Assembly: GCA_964477515.1 (NCBI GenBank)
Contig: CAYZEL010000001.1
Coordinates: 1 to 49,490 of the forward strand
From: an uncultured Microbacterium sp.
GTDB taxonomy: Bacteria > Actinomycetota > Actinomycetes > Actinomycetales > Microbacteriaceae
DNA length: 49,490 bases
Direction of reading: 5' to 3'
In this document: piece by piece, positions 41,400 through 49,490 of the stretch
Numbering within the stretch: the stretch's first letter is position 1
Layout: each line of letters opens with the position of its first letter
Made by a program: the position numbers and the translations under genes
Notes under the pieces: generated by a model
What the model was told of the DNA's origin: nothing
Seen by the model: the letters and a program-made list of their open reading frames with translations, nothing else
The model's database searches: none

Positions 41400-41771
41400 A
41401 TGAGCGTAAGTCTTGCCGAAATCCGGGACGTCGCGGGCGATGCCGTCTTCACCGACGGATGTCCCACCCGCACCGTGCTCGACCACGTGATGAGCAAGTG
41501 GGGTGTGCTCGTGCTGCTGGCGCTCAGCGACGGGACGCGACGATGGGGTGTGCTGCGACGAGAGGTCGACGGCATCAGCGAGAAGATGCTCGCGTCCACG
41601 CTGCGCACGCTCGAGGCGGACGGCCTCGTTCATCGACAGTCGTACCCCGAGGTTCCGCCCCGCGTCGAGTACGCGCTGACGGGTCTCGGTCGTGACCTGA
41701 TGGAGCGGATGCTGCCGCTCATGGAGTGGCTCGCGCAGAATGCGGCGGCGATGCTGACCCGGACTCCCTGA
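41400..41771 (+). CDS. HxlR/DUF24 family redox-sensing regulator
   Basis: GCPTRTVLD with N-terminal Cys, SKWG, GISEKML..TLR.LE.DGLV, PPRVEYALT. Confidence 0.93.
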   Translation: MSVSLAEIRDVAGDAVFTDGCPTRTVLDHVMSKWGVLVLLALSDGTRRWGVLRREVDGISEKMLASTLRTLEADGLVHRQSYPEVPPRVEYALTGLGRDLMERMLPLMEWLAQNAAAMLTRTP

Positions 41772-41795
41772 CGGCGTCGGGACCGGCAGGATCCC

Positions 41796-42440
41796 TCAGG
41801 CGCGGACGGCCTCGGCGATCGGGGTCTCGCCGGCGTTGAACTCGATCGTGCGACGGATCGTGGACGGGTCGGCCAGGACGGCGGCGATGACGGCCGCGAC
41901 GTCGGCGCGCGCGACCGTGCGCGATTCCGCACCACCCACGTCGATCCGTCCCGTCGGCGGGTCGAGCGTGAGTCCGCTCGGGCCGAGGACGGTCCAGTCC
42001 AGCCCGGATGCGCGCAGGTGCTCGTCGGCGGCCGCCTTGGCCTCGGCGTAAGCGAAGAACGCGTTGTCCGCCGGTACGCCGTGCCCGGGTCCGGCACCGA
42101 AGTACGAGACCATGACGTAGCGCCCGGCTCCCGCTGCCTGCGCGGCATCCATCGAACGGATGGCCGCGTCCCGATCGATCGCGTCGGTGCGGGCGGGGTC
42201 TCCCCCGCCCGCCCCCGCGGACCACACCACGGCGTCGTGCCCGATGATGAGCTCCACGAGTCGCTCGTGATCGAGACGTGCGACGTCGGCGACGACGACG
42301 GTCGCGCCATCCGACTCGACGTCGGCCGTGTGGTCGACATTGCGAATGACCGCCGAGACATCGTCCCCGCGGGCGACGAGAAGCGGTGTGAGCAGTCGGG
42401 CGACCTTGCCGTGACCGCCGATGATCAGAATCCGGGACAT
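41796..42440 (-). CDS. Atypical SDR / NAD(P)-binding oxidoreductase
   Basis: IIGGHGKVA, WSAGAGGG, YAEAK, LDWTVLGP, RADVA. Confidence 0.9.
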   Translation of the reverse strand: MSRILIIGGHGKVARLLTPLLVARGDDVSAVIRNVDHTADVESDGATVVVADVARLDHERLVELIIGHDAVVWSAGAGGGDPARTDAIDRDAAIRSMDAAQAAGAGRYVMVSYFGAGPGHGVPADNAFFAYAEAKAAADEHLRASGLDWTVLGPSGLTLDPPTGRIDVGGAESRTVARADVAAVIAAVLADPSTIRRTIEFNAGETPIAEAVRA

Positions 42441-42522
42441 ACGAGCCTCCTCGAGCGTTCGGAACGACCCAGCCTATGCGCGCCCCGTGGCCGCCGGGCC
42501 GCTACCGGCATACCGTGGGGGA

Positions 42523-43578
42523 ATGCGTGTGACATCGGCCATCCGGGCCCCGCACCGGGTGCCCCTCCTGCAGGTCGTGAAGTCGGCGATCGCGACGGTC
42601 GGGGCTTGGCTGATCGCGGACGCGATCGTGCAGGGCCCGCCCCCTGTCTTCGCGGCGATCGCCGCGCTGCTGGTCGTGCAACCGAGCCTCGACCAGTCGT
42701 TCAGCAAGGCGATCGAACGCAGCGTCGGGGTGATCGTCGGGGTGGTCATCGCTTCGGTGCTCGGAATCGCCTTCGGCGAGGACACCTGGGTGATTCTCGC
42801 GTCGATCGTCGTCGCCCTCATCGTGGCGTGGGTCGCGCGCGCCACCGCGGGCACCGCCAATCAGGTCGCGATCAGTGCGCTCCTGGTGCTCGCCCTCGGC
42901 GCAGCCACACCGGGATATGCGTTCGACCGCATTCTCGAGACGGTCATCGGTGCGGCGATCGGCATCATCGTCAACGTCATCCTCGTTCCCCCGGTGGCCG
43001 TCGCCCCCGCACATCGCGCGGTCGACGCGCTCGGTGAGGAGGTCGCCGCCTCGCTCGAGCGCCTCGCGGCCGCCCTCGAGAATCCGCCGTCTCCCGCAGG
43101 GATGCCGCGCGCGGGGGTGGAGGAGCTGTTGCTCACAGCTCGGCTGATGCGGCCCATGCGGGATGCCGCAGAGAAGGCGATCAGCGCGGGGCGCGACTCG
43201 CTGACCCTCAATCCCCGCGCGCGCCGCCACCGCGACGAGTTGGCGAACCTCGGCGCCGTGCTCGATCGCCTCGGCCCCATCGTGACGCAGGTGATCGGAA
43301 TGACGCGCGCGTTCTCCGACCACTACGACCCGACGATCGCCGACGAGCCCGCAGCCCGGGCCATCGCCGACCAACTGCGCCGGGCCGCCCACGACGTGCG
43401 CCTCGATCTGCGGGCCGACCCGGACGCGGATGCTCCGAGCACGCCGGACGGAGCGACGGTTCCCGCTCTCACCGCTCCGCTCGCCATCACGATGCCGTCA
43501 CCGGATCATTGGATCCTGATCGGCTCGCTCCTCGAGGATCTCCAGCGCATTCACGCGACGCTGACTCGCTCCGCGTAG
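42523..43578 (+). CDS. FUSC / aromatic acid exporter-family membrane protein
   Basis: LQVVKSAIA, PVFAAIAALLVVQPS, ERSVGV, RILETVIG; TACCGT -10 six nt before ATG. Confidence 0.85.
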   Translation: MRVTSAIRAPHRVPLLQVVKSAIATVGAWLIADAIVQGPPPVFAAIAALLVVQPSLDQSFSKAIERSVGVIVGVVIASVLGIAFGEDTWVILASIVVALIVAWVARATAGTANQVAISALLVLALGAATPGYAFDRILETVIGAAIGIIVNVILVPPVAVAPAHRAVDALGEEVAASLERLAAALENPPSPAGMPRAGVEELLLTARLMRPMRDAAEKAISAGRDSLTLNPRARRHRDELANLGAVLDRLGPIVTQVIGMTRAFSDHYDPTIADEPAARAIADQLRRAAHDVRLDLRADPDADAPSTPDGATVPALTAPLAITMPSPDHWILIGSLLEDLQRIHATLTRSA

Positions 43579-44747
43579 GGTGCCGACGCGGGCGCCTCCG
43601 ACCCCGCGTCCGGTTCCGCGTTCAACTCCGCGACGATGTGCGCAACCGCGGCGCGTCCGGCCCGGTTTGCGCCGATCGTGGACGCCGAGGGCCCGTACCC
43701 GATCAGGAACAGGCGCGGCTCGTCGGTCGCCCGGCTGTCCTCGACGCGGATGCCACCACCCGGCACACGGACACGCAGCGGCGCGAGGTGGTCGAGCGCG
43801 GCGCGGAAGCCCGTCGCCCAGAGGATCGCGTCGGCCGCGACGAACGAACCATCCGGCATGCGAACACCGTGCTCCTCGATCGAGGTGAACATCGGATGCC
43901 GCACCAGCACACCGCGCGCCTGCGCCGCACGAGCCCACGGCGTCCAGTGCATCCCCGTCACCGAGATGACACTGCCCGGCACGAGCCCCTGGCGGACCCG
44001 TTCGTCGACGCCCGCGATCGCCGCGACGCGCGCCGCGATGTCGAAGTCGTCGTCGATCCACTCCGGCTCGCGCCGCGTCACCCAGAACGTCTCGGCGACG
44101 TGCGAGATCTCGTCGAGCAGTTGGATCGCCGAGACCCCGGCACCGACGATCACGACCCGTTGCCCGGCGAACTCGTCGGCCGAGGCGTAGTCCGCGACAT
44201 GCAGCTGCCGCCCGCGGAACCTCTCCTGACCGGGATAGTACGGCCAGAACGGCTTCGTCCAGGTGCCGGTCGCGTTGATCACGTAGCGCGAATCGTAGGT
44301 CGCGCGGTCCGTCTCGACGCGCAGTCGCCCGCGCGGATCGCCGTCCTCGCGCTCGATCGCCCGAACGGGTTCGGGTCGGTGAACGCGCAGGTCGAAGCGT
44401 TGCTCGTACTCGGCGAAGTACGCCGGAAGGACGTCTCGGCTCGCCGACGTCGGATCCGCCGGTGGCACGGGGTATCCGGGGAGCTCGTGGATTCCGTTCA
44501 CGGTACCCATCCGGAGCGACTCCCAGCGATGCTGCCAGGCGCCGCCCGGTCCCGGATTGGCATCCAGCACCACGAAGTTCCGCGCACCCGATTCGGCGCC
44601 GTCGAGCGGCACGAGACCGCGTCGCCGCAGATGGTAGGCCGCCGAAAGCCCGGCCTGACCGGCACCGATGACGACGACGTCGACGGGGGTGGCCGCGCCG
44701 ACGTCGGCCTGCCTGTCTCGGTCCACGGACGACGCCTCCACGCCCAT
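43551..44747 (-). CDS. FAD/NAD(P)-dependent oxidoreductase (flavin monooxygenase / CzcO-like)
   Basis: GAGQAG, GGAWQHRWESL, ATG, QLHVADY, GAGVSA, WATGF. Confidence 0.88.
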   Translation of the reverse strand: MGVEASSVDRDRQADVGAATPVDVVVIGAGQAGLSAAYHLRRRGLVPLDGAESGARNFVVLDANPGPGGAWQHRWESLRMGTVNGIHELPGYPVPPADPTSASRDVLPAYFAEYEQRFDLRVHRPEPVRAIEREDGDPRGRLRVETDRATYDSRYVINATGTWTKPFWPYYPGQERFRGRQLHVADYASADEFAGQRVVIVGAGVSAIQLLDEISHVAETFWVTRREPEWIDDDFDIAARVAAIAGVDERVRQGLVPGSVISVTGMHWTPWARAAQARGVLVRHPMFTSIEEHGVRMPDGSFVAADAILWATGFRAALDHLAPLRVRVPGGGIRVEDSRATDEPRLFLIGYGPSASTIGANRAGRAAVAHIVAELNAEPDAGSEAPASAPYAERVSVA

Positions 44748-44750
44748 CAG

Positions 44751-44776
44751 AACCGCGGCCCCGTCCGCCCTATTCC
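44751..44776 (-). promoter_or_regulatory. SigH/SigR-type ECF promoter
   Basis: Minus strand GGAAT-N18-GTT directly upstream of the oxidoreductase. Confidence 0.65.
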
Positions 44777-44791
44777 GAGACCTCTCCGCGA

Positions 44792-45568
44792 TCAGTTGAG
44801 CGCGCGCACCGAGGCGGGGACGACGCCGTCTCCATACAGGTCGATTGCGAGGTCCTGCAGAGCGGTCAAAGCGACCCGCTGCGTGATCGGTCCGTACGAG
44901 ATGCGAGCGACTCCGAGTGCTTGGTACTCGGCGGCCGAGAGCGCACCGGGCAGTCCGATCACGCTCAGCTTCCCCTCGCCGAGACCCGCGACGAGTTCGC
45001 GGGTCGTATCGGCATCGAGGACCCCCGGGACGAACACCAGGCTCGCGCCGGCATCGAGGTATGCCCGTCCCCGCTCGATGGCGTCCGCGACCGACTCCTC
45101 ACGCGCACGCCCGCCGCCGCGCACGAAGGCATCCGTCCGTGCGTTCAGGACGAACGGCACGCCCTCCGCCTCCCCGGCGGCGATGACGGCACGCACGTTC
45201 GCGACGGACTCGTCGAGCGGCCGCAGCCTGTCCTCGACGTTCGCGCCGACGACACCCACGCCGATCGCGCGCCGCGTCGTCTCTCCCGCGTTCCCGTAGC
45301 CCGCGTCGAGGTCGGAACTGACGGGAAGGTCCGTCGCCGCGACGATGCGCCCCACCATGTCGAGCATCAGATCGAGGGGGATGTTCTCGCCATCCGCGTA
45401 GCCGAACGTCGCCGCGATCGAGTGTCCGGCGGTGGCCAGCGCCTTCGTCTCGGGGAGCGCCGCGACCGCGCGCGCCGAGACGACGTCCCAGACGTTCACC
45501 ACCCGGAGGATCTCGGGGGCGGCGTGCAACTGCTCGAGGGTCTGGGCCTTGTGTACCTGGGTGCTCAT
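44792..45568 (-). CDS. Isocitrate lyase/PEP mutase family protein
   Basis: NVWDVVSA, GYADGE, DLDAGYG, NVED, NARTD, AGASLVFVPG. Confidence 0.9.
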   Translation of the reverse strand: MSTQVHKAQTLEQLHAAPEILRVVNVWDVVSARAVAALPETKALATAGHSIAATFGYADGENIPLDLMLDMVGRIVAATDLPVSSDLDAGYGNAGETTRRAIGVGVVGANVEDRLRPLDESVANVRAVIAAGEAEGVPFVLNARTDAFVRGGGRAREESVADAIERGRAYLDAGASLVFVPGVLDADTTRELVAGLGEGKLSVIGLPGALSAAEYQALGVARISYGPITQRVALTALQDLAIDLYGDGVVPASVRALN

Positions 45569-45615
45569 GCCCCCACGCTAACGGTCGCCGAGCCTGTCGA
45601 GACGACCAGCGCGGT

Positions 45616-46113
45616 CTACCAGCCGTTCGATCCCGGCACTCCCTTGAACGGGCCCGCGACGGCAGCCGTGATCCATCCGCCGTAAAAGCCACCCGGCTGT
45701 GGCACGACGCGTTCCCCCGCGACCGTGCAGGAGTCCATGTCGCCCGCGTAGACCGCCGCGCGGTCGGCCAGCAGCTCGAAACCGGTCGAGGGATGCGGGT
45801 AGTTCCAGGCGGCGCTCGCCACCACGCGGTCACCGCCCCGAACATCGAGGTATCGCGCGGCGCCCTTCCACTCGCAGAACGACGAGCCCGCGGCGGGCAC
45901 GAGTGCGCCCTCGGCGAAGTCCGCGATCGGCAGGTAGTAGACCGGCGGATGACTCGTCTCGAGCACGCGGACGACATCGCGGGTGTCGACGATCCGGACA
46001 CCGCCCAGGTCGATCGTGACCGCGGCATCCACGCGCTCGACTCGCGGCGGACGCGGGTAGCTCCAGACGGATTCCTGGCCCGGGGCAGTGGGTTCGGGCA
46101 GAGGGCGGCGCAT
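45616..46113 (-). CDS. DUF427 domain protein
   Basis: ESVWSYPRPP, VLETSHPPVYY, SFCEWKG, AAWNYP, QPGGFYGGWIT. Confidence 0.88.
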   Translation of the reverse strand: MRRPLPEPTAPGQESVWSYPRPPRVERVDAAVTIDLGGVRIVDTRDVVRVLETSHPPVYYLPIADFAEGALVPAAGSSFCEWKGAARYLDVRGGDRVVASAAWNYPHPSTGFELLADRAAVYAGDMDSCTVAGERVVPQPGGFYGGWITAAVAGPFKGVPGSNGW

Positions 46114-46206
46114 CCGACAACGCTAGTGGGCCCCAGGGGCCGGCGGCGCGGGTCTGCGCACACCGACTCGGCCCCCGCACATCCGGCGGCACCTAGTGTG
46201 GCGATC

Positions 46207-46992
46207 ATGCCCATCGACTTCACCGCCACCACCGCCCTGATCACCGGCGCGAGCTCCGGTATCGGTGCCGCCTTCGCCGACGCCCTCGCCGCACGCGGGG
46301 CGGACGTCGTGCTCGTCGCCCGTCGCGAGGACCGCCTGATCGAACTCGCGAGCGAGCTGAGTGCGCGCCATGGCATCGCGGCCACGCCGATCGCGATGGA
46401 TCTGGCGCGAGACGAGGCTGCTACCGAACTGCACGACGAACTGGAGGGGCGCGGCGTCCGGATCGACACCCTGATCAACAACGCCGGCTTCGGCATGCGC
46501 GGTGACTTCATCGACGCAGATCCCACACGGATGGCCGCGATGATCCAGCTGAACGTCACGACGCTCGTCGCCCTGACGCACGCCTTCCTGCCTGCGCTCG
46601 TCGCGAGCGGTCGCGGGGCACTCGTCAACGTCTCGAGCGTCGTCGCGTACCAGCCGACCCCGCACATGGCCGTCTACGGGGCATCGAAGGCCTTCGTGCT
46701 GAGCTTCACCGAGGCCATCGCCTACGAGACGCGCACGTCCGGTCTGCGCGTATTGGCCGTCAGCCCCGGAGCCACGGCGACCGAGTTCTTCGAGATCGCC
46801 CAGGCCGAGGACATGGCCCGCGGGCGCGTGCAGACCCCCGCGCAGGTCGTCACGACCGCCCTGCGCGCGCTCGATCGCCGTCGCACCCCGCCGAGCATCG
46901 TCTCGGGCGGCACGAACGCGGTTGCGGCGACGCTCGCGGGCATCATGCCGCGCGGCCTCGTCCTCGACGCGAGCGGCCGACTGCTCGCCTGA
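46207..46992 (+). CDS. Short-chain dehydrogenase/reductase
   Basis: ITGASSGIG, INNAGFG, YGASK, PGATATEF. Confidence 0.93.
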   Translation: MPIDFTATTALITGASSGIGAAFADALAARGADVVLVARREDRLIELASELSARHGIAATPIAMDLARDEAATELHDELEGRGVRIDTLINNAGFGMRGDFIDADPTRMAAMIQLNVTTLVALTHAFLPALVASGRGALVNVSSVVAYQPTPHMAVYGASKAFVLSFTEAIAYETRTSGLRVLAVSPGATATEFFEIAQAEDMARGRVQTPAQVVTTALRALDRRRTPPSIVSGGTNAVAATLAGIMPRGLVLDASGRLLA

Positions 46993-47017
46993 GTCTCCCG
47001 AGCGGTCGCGACGACCG

Positions 47018-47075
47018 CGAACGGTCGCGACTCGCCGTTCCACACGCGCATGAAACGGCATGTCGCGACCGTTCG
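47018..47075. repeat. Long inverted repeat (REP-like element or bidirectional terminator)
   Basis: cgaacggtcgcgac / gtcgcgaccgttcg 14-bp perfect arms with inner gccgtt/aacggc; extra cggtcgcgac copy at 47003. Confidence 0.7.
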
Positions 47076-47085
47076 AGCCCGAGCG

Positions 47086-47847
47086 TCAGGTCAGAAGCGG
47101 CGCGAGGCGCGTCGCCGTCGGCTCGAGGAGGCGAATGACACCGGATGGCTCGGCAACCCGGTGTGCCGGGCCCGAGAACCCCAGCGCCCCCGCGAGCGTG
47201 CCACCGGCGTCGCGGATGGGGAGCGCGAGGCATCCGAATCCCGGCACGAGCTCACCGATCTGCCGCGTCACTCCGAAGCGTCGCAGGTCTGCCGCGGCGG
47301 TGTCGAGGCGCTCCGGATCGACTCCCTGGCCGAGCCCCGCGCTGCCGACCCGCGCGCCGCCCGGAGCTCCCTCGGCCAGCAGCAGCCGACCCAGGGCGAA
47401 ACGGGAGGGGTCGCGCGCGAGACGCACCGGATCGCTGAACGGAAAGTCCGGATCCGCGTCGACCAGGGTCACGCGACCCTCCGGATACAGCACGACGTGG
47501 ACGCCCCCGCGGACCTGGTCGCGCGCCGCGGCGAGCAGTTCCCGGGCCGCGGCCGGCAGCCGCACGGGAGCCGCGACCGACGCGAGGTGCACGACCTTCG
47601 CACCGAGCGCGAAGCCGGACAGATCGGGGGTGCGGACGAGGAAACCGTCCTGTACGAGCAGATTGACCAGGCGATACGTGGTCGCCTTCGGTAGTCCCAG
47701 CGCCTCCGAGATCTCGCGGGCGGGCGCTCCGGCTCGGAGTTCTGCGACGGCCTCGCGCACGGTCCGGGCGCTGTGGATCGCACGGGGCTGGCGCGCCGAG
47801 TGATCCCCGACGACGGGGACGGCCGCGCGCACCCGTGACTCAGGCAT
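47086..47847 (-). CDS. IclR family transcriptional regulator
   Basis: HTH EISEALGLPKATTYRLVNLL..GFL, ALGRLLLA, CLALPIRD..G...GALGFSGP; overlaps the permease stop. Confidence 0.85.
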   Translation of the reverse strand: MPESRVRAAVPVVGDHSARQPRAIHSARTVREAVAELRAGAPAREISEALGLPKATTYRLVNLLVQDGFLVRTPDLSGFALGAKVVHLASVAAPVRLPAAARELLAAARDQVRGGVHVVLYPEGRVTLVDADPDFPFSDPVRLARDPSRFALGRLLLAEGAPGGARVGSAGLGQGVDPERLDTAAADLRRFGVTRQIGELVPGFGCLALPIRDAGGTLAGALGFSGPAHRVAEPSGVIRLLEPTATRLAPLLT

Positions 47848-49333
47848 CGGGTGGTCTCCGCGCGATGCCGCCGCGCACTTCGGAGGCGACCGGCTCGTCG
47901 TAGGCGCCTATTCCCGCGAGGGATGCTTCACCGCGGCGACTGCGCCACGCCACGATCAGCGCGGCAGCCACCGCGACGATGAGCGCGAGCGGTGCGCCGG
48001 GATTGCCCTCCACGCCCACGAACACCAGGTAGGCGACGAGTCCGGCCGCCAGGACCAGCGCAGACGTGATGGCGACGATGCCGGTCCGCAAGGTCAGTTC
48101 GCCGATTCGATGGAGGAAGACCGGCGCAGCCACGCAGACCAGCACGTAGGCGCCGATGTAGCCCGCCGCCGAGACCGCGATGACGGCCTCCATGGCCTCC
48201 CATACCCCGACCCCCGCAAGCACCGCGGCGATCGGAGCGATCGCCACGATCGGTACCGCGACCCGGATCGCACCGATCGGGGTGCGATATCGCGGATGCA
48301 CGCTGCCGAGGGCCCGCGGGGCGATCCCGTCACGGCCGAGCGAGAAGAGCACGCGCGTGAGCGCGGTCGTCGAGGCGATCGCGCACGCGAGGAACGAGGC
48401 GGCGATTCCCAGGTCGATCAGGATTCCCAGTTCGGCGACACCGTAGGCGCTGGCGAGGACGTTGATCGGAGAGTCGCCGTCCCCCAGCTCGCGCCCGAGC
48501 GAGTGGAAACCCGCGACCTGCGTATACGCCGCCAGCAGGTAGAGCCCCCCGGAGAACAGGACCGTGGCCACGATGGCCCGCGGGATGTTGCGGAGCGGCG
48601 CGCGCGCCTCCACCCCCAGGGTCGCGGCACTCTCGAAGCCGACCAACGCGGTGAGCGCCAGCACGGCCCCGGCGGCGAACCCGGCGATCGAGAAACCCTC
48701 GGTCGGCACCACGGCCGAGACATCCACGGGACCGATCTGCACCAGCAGCACGACGAGCAGCACGACGATGATGACGACCGAGACGAGCTCGACGACGAGC
48801 GCGACCCGCGAAGACACGCGGATGCCTCGCACCAACACGAGCGTCAGCACCGCCACCTCGGCCACGAGCACGGCCGCGACGCCCCAGACTCCCCCGAACT
48901 CCGGCCAGAGGCCGCGGATCAACATCGTCAGGTAGTGCGCGCCGCCCAAGAGGGCGAAGACGGCGATGAAGCCGTACCCGATCACGATCGCCGCGCCCGC
49001 GGCGAGCGCGGCGCCCGATCCCAGCCCCTTCGAGACGAAGGTGTAGAGCGATCCCGCGGCGGCCATGCGTTTCGTGAACTGGTTGATCGTCGAAGCGACC
49101 ATGAGGGCGAGCAGACCGGCCGTGAGCATGGCGGGGACTGTCGCGACGCCGGCCACCCCCGCGACGAGCACCACGACCGTCGTCGCGGCCGCGGACGGGG
49201 CGACGGCCGCGACGGACTGCGCCAGCACATCGGCGAACGAAACGCTCCGTCGATCGAGGCCGTCGAGCGGTGAGCGCGCTCCGAATCCGCGCACGGGCGA
49301 CGGGCGGGCGATCGCCCGGTCGAGTGCCGTCAT
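47840..49333 (-). CDS. APC family amino acid/amine permease
   Basis: AQSVAAVAP, AGSLYTFV, GFESAATLGVEA, RVLFSLGRDG..P; about 12 TM; GAGGAG RBS. Confidence 0.92.
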   Translation of the reverse strand: MTALDRAIARPSPVRGFGARSPLDGLDRRSVSFADVLAQSVAAVAPSAAATTVVVLVAGVAGVATVPAMLTAGLLALMVASTINQFTKRMAAAGSLYTFVSKGLGSGAALAAGAAIVIGYGFIAVFALLGGAHYLTMLIRGLWPEFGGVWGVAAVLVAEVAVLTLVLVRGIRVSSRVALVVELVSVVIIVVLLVVLLVQIGPVDVSAVVPTEGFSIAGFAAGAVLALTALVGFESAATLGVEARAPLRNIPRAIVATVLFSGGLYLLAAYTQVAGFHSLGRELGDGDSPINVLASAYGVAELGILIDLGIAASFLACAIASTTALTRVLFSLGRDGIAPRALGSVHPRYRTPIGAIRVAVPIVAIAPIAAVLAGVGVWEAMEAVIAVSAAGYIGAYVLVCVAAPVFLHRIGELTLRTGIVAITSALVLAAGLVAYLVFVGVEGNPGAPLALIVAVAAALIVAWRSRRGEASLAGIGAYDEPVASEVRGGIARRPPDA

Positions 49334-49394
49334 GTCACTCCTCCTCGTTCGGGCTCACGGTACGCAGAGCCCGTTGCCGCGGCACGTCCCGCGT

Positions 49395-49486
49395 GTTTCG
49401 GCTGTGTGTCGCCGAATGAGACAGCGCCGTGCGGGCGTCTCACACGGCGACCGAGAGGTTTCACACCGCCGAGACGCCCGGGCAAC
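49395..49486. promoter_or_regulatory. Putative GlnR boxes
   Basis: Minus GACAC-N6-GAAAC (49395-49410); plus TTCAC-N6-GAGAC-N6-GCAAC (49460-49486). Confidence 0.55.
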
Positions 49487-49490
49487 CGGC

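Overview
GC-rich actinobacterial chromosome segment; gene order and protein style point to Microbacteriaceae, probably Microbacterium (inference). Roughly 1-29.8 kb is core genome: sufB-sufD-Rieske ferredoxin-sufC(partial), ctaA/ctaB, tkt-tal-pgi-zwf-opcA-pgl, secG with an RbpA-family gene, gap-pgk-tpiA, sod, uvrA-uvrC-rapZ-whiA, uvrB and coaE. Two accessory-looking blocks flank rpsA. The first (29.8-36.5 kb) holds an OmpR-type regulator, a sensor kinase translationally coupled to a membrane protein with a degenerate GGDEF domain, an MFS pump and an SDR. The second (38.2-49.5 kb) holds a GAP-family protein, a protein with a degenerate Swt1-like HEPN domain, a DksA/TraR zinc finger, redox enzymes, and an IclR plus APC permease pair. 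I saw no rRNA, tRNA, CRISPR array, IS element or prophage. Best leads: (1) the HEPN-like protein whose RNxWAH motif reads WDAWAR; (2) the kinase/pseudo-GGDEF/regulator module with head-to-head 11-bp-periodic repeats upstream; (3) a PafBC/RecA-NDp-type promoter in front of a suf operon that lacks an adjacent sufR; (4) an OhrR-like regulator facing a 74-aa Cys/His micro-protein. All family calls are motif recognition by eye, with no database search.
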